From Chlamydiales bacterium (GTDB lineage: Bacteria; Chlamydiota; Chlamydiia; Chlamydiales; JBDQID01), in assembly GCA_047611865.1 (NCBI GenBank), contig JBLFWS010000043.1, positions 1-21,790 on the forward strand: 21,790 nt of DNA, read 5' to 3'. Positions 9,251-17,029 of the stretch are shown here, piece after piece (the first letter of the stretch is position 1; every line of letters starts with the position of its first letter). The notes below the pieces were generated by a model. The model ran no database searches. It saw only the letters and a list, made by a program, of their open reading frames with translations, and was not told where the DNA came from. The position numbers were made by a program, and so were the translations under genes.

Positions 9251-9414
9251 TACTGCATTTCAATTAGATTTTCAGGTTGGGTGCTGATATTTTTTCGTCT
9301 GGTGAACTGTGGAGATCGAAACCAACCCATTTGGTGTTAGTGAGATCTCCACAGTTTTCTAGGCGGTAAAAGATCGGTGCTCAACCCGAAAATCGGATTG
9401 AAATGAAGCACTAG
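9247..9414 (+). repeat. 168-nt palindromic element bounded by CTAG
   Basis: Ungapped 71-nt arms 9247-9317 and 9344-9414 are 55/71 complementary; 9 of the 16 mismatches are G-U pairs on the + strand. Lies between convergent SRAP and trpS. Confidence 0.8.
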
Positions 9415-9436
9415 TACAATAAGTCGTAAATGTTGA

Positions 9437-10501
9437 CTACACTGCAGACTTTGCTCGGTCACGAGCAACACGAGATATTTTCTTCCACCCTCCAGAAATC
9501 CCCATCGCGGAGCGCATTTCCTTAAGAGTAGCCTCTGAAGTCTCAATCATTTTATGAGTGCCTTCGTAGATAACCTGCTCTACATAACCCTTATCAGCCT
9601 CAAACTCTTTCCGACGTTCCCGAATAGGATTAAGAAAATTATTCAACGCGATTGCTAACTTATCTTTCACTTCCACATCACCAACAGAACCTTTACGATA
9701 GCGCTCCTTGAGGTCTTCTATTTCTTCATGATTTGGGTTGAATATATCATGATAAATGAACACAGGGTTGCCTTCTACTGTCCCAGGAGTATCTGCACTA
9801 ATCCTTTTGGGATCAGTAAACATCCCCTTAACCTTTTTCTGAACAACTTTCGCATCATCAGAAAGAAAGATCGTATTATTTAATGATTTGCTCATTTTCC
9901 CTTTCCCATCAGTACCGATAAGTGTAGGTACATCACTGAGGAGAACCTCCGGTTCAGGAAAGACTTCACCGTAATATTGGTTGAAACGACGAGCAATACT
10001 TCTTGTCAGCTCAATATGTGCTTCATTATCCTTACCAACAGGAACAAGGTGAGCTCTAGGCATAAGAATGTCGGCAGACTGTAATACAGGATATCCAATC
10101 AAACCAAAGGACATGCTTTCATCATCGATATGAGCGTTTCTTGCCATATCTTTCAAACTCGGCAATCCCGTCAACCTGTTCAACGAAACAAGCATCTCAA
10201 AAATCAGATTCATCTCATAAATTGCAGGCACCGCAGACTGGAGATATATGACGGACTTTTCCGGATCAATACCGCAGGCCAGGTAGTCAAGGACCATATC
10301 TTTTATATTGTCTCTAATCTCAATAATATGCTTTTTCTGCGGCTTTGTAGTAAGCACGTGCAGATCGGCAATTATAAAAGAACAATCGTATTCATCCTGT
10401 AATGCGACTCTATTTTTAAGCGAACCCACATAATGCCCAAGGTGAAGACGCCCTGTAGGGCGATCGCCAGTTAAAATTCGCTTTTTTTCTGTATCTGTCA
10501 T
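9437..10501 (-). CDS. trpS: Tryptophanyl-tRNA synthetase
   Basis: [19 protein letters not shown] (HIGH), [18 protein letters not shown] and KMSKS motifs. Start set at ATG 10501 behind a GAGG SD. Confidence 0.97.
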   Translation of the reverse strand: MTDTEKKRILTGDRPTGRLHLGHYVGSLKNRVALQDEYDCSFIIADLHVLTTKPQKKHIIEIRDNIKDMVLDYLACGIDPEKSVIYLQSAVPAIYEMNLIFEMLVSLNRLTGLPSLKDMARNAHIDDESMSFGLIGYPVLQSADILMPRAHLVPVGKDNEAHIELTRSIARRFNQYYGEVFPEPEVLLSDVPTLIGTDGKGKMSKSLNNTIFLSDDAKVVQKKVKGMFTDPKRISADTPGTVEGNPVFIYHDIFNPNHEEIEDLKERYRKGSVGDVEVKDKLAIALNNFLNPIRERRKEFEADKGYVEQVIYEGTHKMIETSEATLKEMRSAMGISGGWKKISRVARDRAKSAV

Positions 10502-10515
10502 CTTATTCCTCAATA

Positions 10516-11742
10516 CTATTTAATATATTCACTTGCCACGCATTGCAGTAGGCCCATCTTATTCGCTACTTCCAAGACAACTACCCCCGAAAAGAAAGTA
10601 ATCGCCAATACAAGAGAAGTCTTTCCACCCATTACCGTATAAATAGCGGGTTTAGCAGTTTGCTTGCGAACAGACCAAGCCATTAAGGCCGGAAGAATTC
10701 CCAGTAATACAGCGACAAATACCCCTGCATACTCTAGTGCAAGATAGAAGCCTCTTACACCTGTCAGTACAAAGGTCAAAGGCGGTAAAAATGTCAGCAT
10801 GCAAACAGCCAGCTTACCAGAGCTTCCTTTTTTCAAATCCAAAGCATCTGCTATAAAATGAAATAGGCTTAGAGATACCCCCAAAAAAGAAGTCGATATA
10901 GAAAAAAATGCAAAAAATTGCGCGCCAACAGATAGCCATGGACTTTGCAAGCTTGCCCTTAGAGGATCTGTAGCGGGCATATCACCTGACCAAGCCTCCA
11001 AAATGCTATTTGGCCCTTCAAGAGGTACCACTCCCAAGACAAGAAATTCCCAGACAGCGTAAACGCAAAGGGGAATCAGACAACCCACAAAAAGAGATAT
11101 CTTGAGTTTCCTAAGATCTCTATCTAAATAAGTCGTCAAAAAAGGAATTACTACATGAAAACCAAATGAGGTTACGACTACAGACACTGACATTGCAAGA
11201 TAGCTCCAATCTGTATGCTCAAAGTTTTCCATCGTGACGTGAGCTGGAGCAAAACAAACAAGTAAAGAATAGGAAGCTATCAAACCCACCATCAGTAATC
11301 GGTTGAGGTAATCTACAGATTGTGTCCCCAAGTATACCACAAAAGAAAAGAAGCCTAGCACTAACACTGGGGTAAACCATTGGGGCAAGTCAAAACCTAT
11401 CAAATTCTCAATAGCTTCTCCCACAATATGAGAGCTACCTCCTATATAAGCAGCTGTCAATGCGTAGAGTAAAAGAAGATAGCTAATCCCACTCACATAC
11501 TTACCAAAAGAACCCAGCGTACTTTGAGCCATCGAAATAAGATCTGCCTCACCATCCATCCACAAATTCACTTCCAAAAGCAAAAATGCCGTAAAGGTCA
11601 TAAAACCCCAGCTGACGAAAAAGAGAAAAAGAGAAGGATAAAACCCTGCTAAGCCAGTAGAAATAGGTAGTGCAAGCATACCTGCACCAATTGCCGTCCC
11701 GGCAACCAAGAGGATTCCTCCTAACAATCGACTATCATTCAT
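10516..11742 (-). CDS. tyrP: Aromatic amino acid permease (TyrP/Mtr/TnaB family)
   Basis: [29 protein letters not shown] and TSFLGVSL motifs. ATG 11742 is preceded by a GGAG SD. Confidence 0.92.
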   Translation of the reverse strand: MNDSRLLGGILLVAGTAIGAGMLALPISTGLAGFYPSLFLFFVSWGFMTFTAFLLLEVNLWMDGEADLISMAQSTLGSFGKYVSGISYLLLLYALTAAYIGGSSHIVGEAIENLIGFDLPQWFTPVLVLGFFSFVVYLGTQSVDYLNRLLMVGLIASYSLLVCFAPAHVTMENFEHTDWSYLAMSVSVVVTSFGFHVVIPFLTTYLDRDLRKLKISLFVGCLIPLCVYAVWEFLVLGVVPLEGPNSILEAWSGDMPATDPLRASLQSPWLSVGAQFFAFFSISTSFLGVSLSLFHFIADALDLKKGSSGKLAVCMLTFLPPLTFVLTGVRGFYLALEYAGVFVAVLLGILPALMAWSVRKQTAKPAIYTVMGGKTSLVLAITFFSGVVVLEVANKMGLLQCVASEYIK

Positions 11743-11757
11743 TGCAATTCTCCACAA

Positions 11758-13005
11758 CTAGGTATAGGTATCTGCTTCGGAAAGAATCGCTGTCCATCCC
11801 ATTTCCTGAAACAGCTTAAAAAATATTACAGCACACGCAAAAATCAACACTGCCAAAAGAGATTTCTTACCTCCAGGAAAGCAACGCTCCGATTCTCCAT
11901 CATCCCGATAACGAGCAGACCACACCATGAGAGGGGGCAGCACACCAAATAACAAGGCGGCGCCGAAGCCTCCAGCATAGTCCAGGGCTGTAAGAAAAAC
12001 CCCTGGGTACGTGAGTGAAATGACAAAAGGAGGTAACATCACAAGCCCGCACAAAAAAACTTTTCCTTCCCCTGTCTTATTTACTTTTAAGCCATCTGCA
12101 AGAAAGTCCACGAAACTTAAAGATACCCCTAGAAAAGAAGTAACCAGCGCAAAAAAAGCAAACGATTGAGCAGCTATAATCAACCATGGACTCTCCAAAA
12201 ACCCTAGCAAAGTCTGCGTTGCCGTCTCTCCCTTCATCAGAGCATGACGAATCCCACCTTCCCCTTCAAGAGGCACTATACCCAAAACGAGTGTTTCCCA
12301 AAAAATATATACGAGCAAGGGAATCGTGCAACCACCAACGATAACCTTTTTCATTTTTTGGCTGTCCCCTTCAAAATAGGCTGTCAAAGTAGGGACTAAC
12401 TGATGAAAACCAAAACCCACAATAGCCACGGGAACAATAAAAGGAGATGCTTCCCAATTGCTGTTTGCCAACAGGTTAGTATCAACTTCCGAGATACCTG
12501 CCGTTATCAAAAAGCAATAGGAACTTACAAGACCAATCATTAGCACTCTATTAAAGTGATCCACTAAACCAGTACCTAGGTAAACACAGGCTCCAAAAAG
12601 CATGACAAAGAAGAGGCTCCCCGCCCAAGGAGCTATACTTTTGCCACTTATCATTTCTACAGAACTCACAAAAAGAGCTCCACTTCCTACAGAATAAGCA
12701 ACCATTACACAGTAGAAAAGAAACAAAAAAGTTCCCCAAGAAATAACTTTTCCGGGAAAACCCAAAGTAAGTTCTGCCATAGTAGCTAAGTTAACATCCT
12801 GTCCATATTTGATATTTAGCTCCAAAATCATCAGGCCTGTGCTTAACATGAAAAGCCAAGTAATAAAGAGCACGAGAATGGAGGGAACGAATCCAGCAAC
12901 TCCAGTAGATATGGGCAGTGCCAGCATCCCAGAGCCAATACAGCATCCCGAAACGAGTAAGATGCCCCCAAATACCTGACCTGTTAAAGAGCGAATATAT
13001 CGCAT
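11758..13005 (-). CDS. tyrP: Aromatic amino acid permease (TyrP/Mtr/TnaB family), second paralog
   Basis: GGILLVSGCCIGSGMLALP, GFGFHQLVP and TSFLGVSL motifs. ATG 13005 preferred; TTG 13017 is possible. Confidence 0.9.
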   Translation of the reverse strand: MRYIRSLTGQVFGGILLVSGCCIGSGMLALPISTGVAGFVPSILVLFITWLFMLSTGLMILELNIKYGQDVNLATMAELTLGFPGKVISWGTFLFLFYCVMVAYSVGSGALFVSSVEMISGKSIAPWAGSLFFVMLFGACVYLGTGLVDHFNRVLMIGLVSSYCFLITAGISEVDTNLLANSNWEASPFIVPVAIVGFGFHQLVPTLTAYFEGDSQKMKKVIVGGCTIPLLVYIFWETLVLGIVPLEGEGGIRHALMKGETATQTLLGFLESPWLIIAAQSFAFFALVTSFLGVSLSFVDFLADGLKVNKTGEGKVFLCGLVMLPPFVISLTYPGVFLTALDYAGGFGAALLFGVLPPLMVWSARYRDDGESERCFPGGKKSLLAVLIFACAVIFFKLFQEMGWTAILSEADTYT

Positions 13006-13111
13006 TATGTGTACCAACAGTTTATTGATCTTTTAATTAAAGCATCCAAGGCAAGGCCATGATTTTATTTACTAGTTTAATGAGCTCGAGAATCGCCAGA
13101 GAGAATACTCT

Positions 13112-13225
13112 CTAGATAAATAAGATGTTGCGATTCCAACTCCACCACAACTTATCCCAAGAAAGGAACAGGGCAGACTGGACATCGTCAAAAAGATCAT
13201 GCTGATGCATATTATGAGCAGACAT
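13112..13225 (-). CDS. Putative Trp-rich leader peptide (TrpL-like), 37 aa
   Basis: Manual translation: MSAHNMHQHDLFDDVQSALFLSWDKLWWSWNRNILFI*. Four TGG codons in eight positions including a WW pair; ends about 105 nt before the tyrP-tyrP-trpS operon on the same strand. Confidence 0.75.
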   Translation of the reverse strand: MSAHNMHQHDLFDDVQSALFLSWDKLWWSWNRNILFI

Positions 13226-13236
13226 TTAAAGACACT

Positions 13237-13245
13237 ACTATAACA
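13237..13245 (-). promoter_or_regulatory. Possible extended -10 promoter for the leader/tyrP operon
   Basis: Minus strand TGtTATAGT, 11 nt upstream of the leader ATG; no clear -35. Confidence 0.35.
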
Positions 13246-13365
13246 AATAAATTAATCCAATGCTAGCACAGCAGCACACAAAAATACAACAGCTAAACAA
13301 CTTACATCTCAAAACTGATTCGAAAGCGACGTTTCGTAATTTTAATACACACCCTGCTATATTTG

Positions 13366-13405
13366 AATAAAAAATAAGCAGTACTGGTGACTGTACTGCT
13401 TATTT
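13366..13405 (-). terminator. Intrinsic terminator of thyX
   Basis: Perfect 13-bp inverted repeat AAATAAGCAGTAC-N8-GTACTGCTTATTT (13372-13405) running into TTTTTTATT on the minus strand, just after the thyX stop. Confidence 0.85.
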
Positions 13406-13411
13406 GAAAAC

Positions 13412-15052
13412 TTAAACGCTCTCTACTTTTTTCCGAGCCGTACGCTCTTCCTGTTGCAGGCGCCCTAATTCATACCCCTCAAAGTCTACAAACTTAAAGA
13501 AACGTTCGAACTCTGGAACACTATCAAAAACAGCTTTTGCCATTTCCTGAGCTACATAACGGTACCCTGGATGACCTGCTGGAGAAGAACGCAGCTCACA
13601 AAGCCACTGCAAGGATCTCAAGTTTACGTGAAAATACCAGCGAATATTGTAAGCCATAGGAACCACATATTGGGCTTCTTCTGGCAACTCATCTTTGATT
13701 GTATCAAACACTTCTTTTGCTTTCATCAGAGCATCATTGTATTCATTAAGTATCTCTGTTCCAGACAGTTCTGCGGGACTATAAAATCCGTAATCACAGG
13801 TAAGTAACTGACGATCCTGAGTGAGAATACGGTGTCGCTGTAAATCTCTATAGATGCCGTAGTCAGCCACTATTTCAAAAGTAAATTCTGCGTGTTCCAA
13901 AGCTCTAGGAGACTTATGGCGACGATTGTCTCTTGAGGAACAAGCTGAATCAAGAATACTCGCTATTTCTTCTTCGGGTAACTCACTACAATGCTTTTGC
14001 AATTCCGGGAGACCTTGATTACTATAAGAGTAAAGAAGGGCCGCTGCTACTTTCATAACTCCTTGAGGATCACTAGAAACCAAACGAACACCAGAAGCTA
14101 GAGATCTTTCAGGAAACTCTTCCTGTTTTGCTGTTACCGCTCGAATTTGCTCTTCCATTGATTCACTAAAGGCCATTCCTGACTTACAGTGCTTGTGGGT
14201 ACTTTCAGATCGTCTGACAAAAGAAGGAATCACCTTTGAAAGCTCTTCGTATGACTTCTTACCAATTTCCTGTAGTTCTGCAAGATTATTGCTATGAAGC
14301 TTCCGTATCATACTTTCAAAGAAACGGCCATTCCCATAAATCCCCATATTTGTCAGGGCACTTGCGGGTAACAGGCCTCGCAGGCAATCTAATACTTTAG
14401 CCCTCAAAGCTGCGGTATAGGCTGCCTTGGATATCTCTTCGGTTCTTGGGAATCTCTCTTCAATGAGCTCTGTTACAGACGGAATCAACTTACTGTAGGT
14501 ATCAAATAACATGTTACAGGTGTCGATGTAAATCTGTCTGTACGCTGAGGTCATAAGAATAGGCTCTTTATAAAAGAGATATTCTCCCTGAATTTTCTGG
14601 TCGAAATAAATATAACGAGTCGATTTTTCCAAAGGAGAGCCACCGATCCGGCAGTCTTCCAAAACCTTTGTAGCAATCATTGATACATTTTCGATAGCGA
14701 GGTGTGCACCTCCTAGCTCTCCAATAGAATCATCACCATATCCATCAAGAATACGGTCATAGAAATTCTGGGCTCTTTTAATCGCAAGCATTTGATCTTG
14801 GGTAGACTCTTTACTTTCAGAACCTGCCCCTACGATGCTTTCGAAAGCAACCTCATCATTAGCTACAAATTCTTTCAGCAATAGAGAGCGTAGTCCCAGT
14901 CGCGAGCGAGAGTAGCGAGAGAACAAAGCCCCTTTAATTACTTCAGGTAAATTACGTAAAGCAAAGATATTACACGAAGTATTGGTGACAAAGCGTTCCA
15001 GAAGATTAATCTGGCTGTCAGTAAATTCCTCGTAACCTTCTTGATGAGTCAT
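13412..15052 (-). CDS. thyX: FAD-dependent thymidylate synthase, long two-domain chlamydial type
   Basis: GALFSRYSR, GYGDDSIGELG, LEKSTRY, RALEH, RDLQRHR and ELRS...GHPGYR motifs; 546 aa. Confidence 0.92.
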   Translation of the reverse strand: MTHQEGYEEFTDSQINLLERFVTNTSCNIFALRNLPEVIKGALFSRYSRSRLGLRSLLLKEFVANDEVAFESIVGAGSESKESTQDQMLAIKRAQNFYDRILDGYGDDSIGELGGAHLAIENVSMIATKVLEDCRIGGSPLEKSTRYIYFDQKIQGEYLFYKEPILMTSAYRQIYIDTCNMLFDTYSKLIPSVTELIEERFPRTEEISKAAYTAALRAKVLDCLRGLLPASALTNMGIYGNGRFFESMIRKLHSNNLAELQEIGKKSYEELSKVIPSFVRRSESTHKHCKSGMAFSESMEEQIRAVTAKQEEFPERSLASGVRLVSSDPQGVMKVAAALLYSYSNQGLPELQKHCSELPEEEIASILDSACSSRDNRRHKSPRALEHAEFTFEIVADYGIYRDLQRHRILTQDRQLLTCDYGFYSPAELSGTEILNEYNDALMKAKEVFDTIKDELPEEAQYVVPMAYNIRWYFHVNLRSLQWLCELRSSPAGHPGYRYVAQEMAKAVFDSVPEFERFFKFVDFEGYELGRLQQEERTARKKVESV

Positions 15053-15109
15053 GTGGAAACCTCAAACCTAAACACATTCATAAAAAGTGGATTGCTCATA
15101 TTGTGAGCG

Positions 15110-15125
15110 ACCAAAAAGCGTGCCA
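15110..15125 (-). promoter_or_regulatory. Possible sigma54 (-24/-12) promoter upstream of thyX
   Basis: Minus strand TGGCACGCTTTTTGGT versus consensus TGGCACG-N4-TTGCW; one mismatch, at the conserved -12 C. Confidence 0.35.
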
Positions 15126-15355
15126 TATCCACAGGACAATGTTCAAGTAAAAAGTCTCGGACTCGAACCTTAATAAATTTCTTATCTACACTACCGACAT
15201 TGCCCAAAATCAAAGTGAATGTAACATCATATACAATTTATTTAAACCCCGATGTCGCATAGACCCTCAAAGACGTATGAGTTTCCCAATGAAAAAGCTC
15301 CTAAATAAAATTCTCAATACCGACTCAATCCTTACTCATGAGATCTTGTAGCGTA

Positions 15356-15705
15356 AGCGTCAAATCAACCCATCTTGACAGTATACCCATTATGGTTTGG
15401 CATTGGCGAAGCCTTCATGAGTCCGGAGGACGTCCGCTTAGAGCCTCGGGTGACTTAAGCTTGCGAAGGAACCCTGGACGTTTTATATGGGGAAAAGAGC
15501 CCGCCAGGGCGATTGAAAGGTGAAACAAGCTTCAATCGCCCTCGTTCCTCGGGCTCTATATCTCCTAACTTCCACCACGAGTTCCCTCGCAAGCTTAAGT
15601 CACCCGAGGCTCTAAGCGGACGCCCTCCGGACTCATGAAGGCTTCGCCAATATCACATCCCATTCTTTAATATGGGTAACTGTCAAGATGGGTTGATTTG
15701 ACGCT
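15356..15705. repeat. 350-bp nested inverted-repeat element (MITE-like)
   Basis: Outer arms are a perfect 27 bp (15356-15382 / 15679-15705); inner arms match 64/65 (15402-15466 / 15587-15651); core helices 15496-15503 / 15550-15557 and 15506-15517 / 15531-15542. CTTGTAGCG is directly repeated at 15345-15353 and 15709-15717. Confidence 0.9.
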
Positions 15706-15775
15706 AACCTTGTAGCGGCCTCGTCACAACAGAAAGTAGATGAGTTGTAAGCGTTCCTGTAGCCGCTCTATAGGA

Positions 15776-15802
15776 GGTGTTGTTGCATAAATAACCACTG
15801 AG
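15776..15802 (+). mobile_element. Solo IS903-like end, same family as the MITE at 96-511
   Basis: GGTGTTGTTGCATAAATAACCACTGAG is 24/27 identical to 96-122. Confidence 0.7.
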
Positions 15803-16078
15803 CCACTGAGATCAGTGAGGAGGGATGAGATGGGGAGAGCTATTTTATACGATTAAGCGTCGAAGACCGTACTTTAGTAGCTTCACGTTAAAATTGATCA
15901 ATAAGCCTCTGCCTCCGCCAGCTTGTTTTAAATAGGATAGCAACTCGGTTCTAAGCACCCTATTTTTAATGCTATACGCTATTTTTACTAGGCATCTTCT
16001 TTCTTTTTTTGGATTCATTCAATAATAATTGCAAAATAGTCTACTATAAAGGGAATTAGATCTTTTAAAAGCTTAGTT

Positions 16079-16975
16079 ATGACAACAAATATCTCTGATA
16101 GCCAACTTCTTGAGTTTAACAAGCAAGGTTTTATTCCTGGCCCAAACGAACAAAGCTATCACTTTTTATCCAGAGTGAAGGATTCTTTGCATTTTGCTAA
16201 CAATATCGATGAATACCTGGAGAGTTCTGAAGAACTCTTTCCCTTTCGTGCTGAAGACAAAATCCCTACTCAAGAAAAAGAATCCGCCTTTCACATATGC
16301 AAAACTTTGTTTGATATGGCCCCTAGCTGGGTACCTGCTTTCTACAACAACCACGATCTTTCCGTATGGCATGGTGGCAGCTCATGGATTCCTGAGGTAA
16401 ATGAAGGCTCCCCCATAATCTTTTTCCAGCTTCGGAAAGCTTTTAAAGCTTCTTCAACTTACTTGTGGATTTATCAACGTAATGAGATCCTTTCTCATGA
16501 AGCCGTCCATGTTGGCCGAATGGCTTTTCATGAACCTGAATTCGAAGAAATTCTAGCTTACCGAACGAGTAGCTCTCCATTGAGACGGCTTCTTGGGCCC
16601 ATTATACAATCTCCCGAAGAAACTATGGCATTTGCTCTTATTATCTCCTTTATTGTCGCCCTCGACTACTTTCTTCTCTTTACCCAAAATTTTTCTCTCT
16701 ACGCTACAGCAATGTGGCTAAAACTTATTCCTCTTTTTCTAATCCTTTATGGTCTATGGCGTATCTGGAAGCTCCACCGTGTTTTTGAAAAATGCCTCGA
16801 AAATCTCGAAGCACTCTTGTCAAGCAAAGACAAAGCCAACGCTGTAATTTATCGCCTTACCGATAAGGAAATCTATCGATTCTCCGAAGATCTTTCACCA
16901 ACAATCCTACAATATGCTCATGAGAATAAATCTAGGTCTCTGCGTTGGAGACTTCTCAATATAGCCTATTTCTAA
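16079..16975 (+). CDS. Hypothetical membrane protein with HExxH motif (possible zinc metallopeptidase)
   Basis: 298-aa ORF; ILSHEAVHVGRMAFHEPEFEE; two hydrophobic segments in the C-terminal half. Confidence 0.75.
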   Translation: MTTNISDSQLLEFNKQGFIPGPNEQSYHFLSRVKDSLHFANNIDEYLESSEELFPFRAEDKIPTQEKESAFHICKTLFDMAPSWVPAFYNNHDLSVWHGGSSWIPEVNEGSPIIFFQLRKAFKASSTYLWIYQRNEILSHEAVHVGRMAFHEPEFEEILAYRTSSSPLRRLLGPIIQSPEETMAFALIISFIVALDYFLLFTQNFSLYATAMWLKLIPLFLILYGLWRIWKLHRVFEKCLENLEALLSSKDKANAVIYRLTDKEIYRFSEDLSPTILQYAHENKSRSLRWRLLNIAYF

Positions 16976-16994
16976 AGTTTAGGTATAAAATAGT

Positions 16995-17020
16995 GCGTGA
17001 GGCTAAGAACAGCCCCACGC
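16995..17020 (-). terminator. Hairpin between convergent genes, probable rpoN terminator
   Basis: GCGTGAGGCT-N6-AGCCCCACGC. The single mismatch is G-U on the minus strand, where the stem is followed by ACTATTTTAT. Confidence 0.55.
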
Positions 17021-17029
17021 CTGATGAAC

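Noticed and set aside
13069..13086. TrpR operator (AACTAGTA half-site)
   Set aside because: Only one half matches GTACTAGTTAACTAGTAC, and it lies downstream of the leader ORF.
13006..13370. T-box riboswitch upstream of tyrP-trpS
   Set aside because: No AGGGUGGNACCGCG T-box sequence or terminator found; the leader peptide explains the region better.
13381..13396. TrpR-like GTACTGGTGACTGTAC
   Set aside because: 16 bp rather than 18 bp, and fully explained as the thyX terminator stem-loop.
15338..15705. Retron msr-msd ncRNA or the 61-aa ORF
   Set aside because: No reverse transcriptase nearby, and the flanking direct repeat favours an inserted element; the ORF is a by-product of the repeat.
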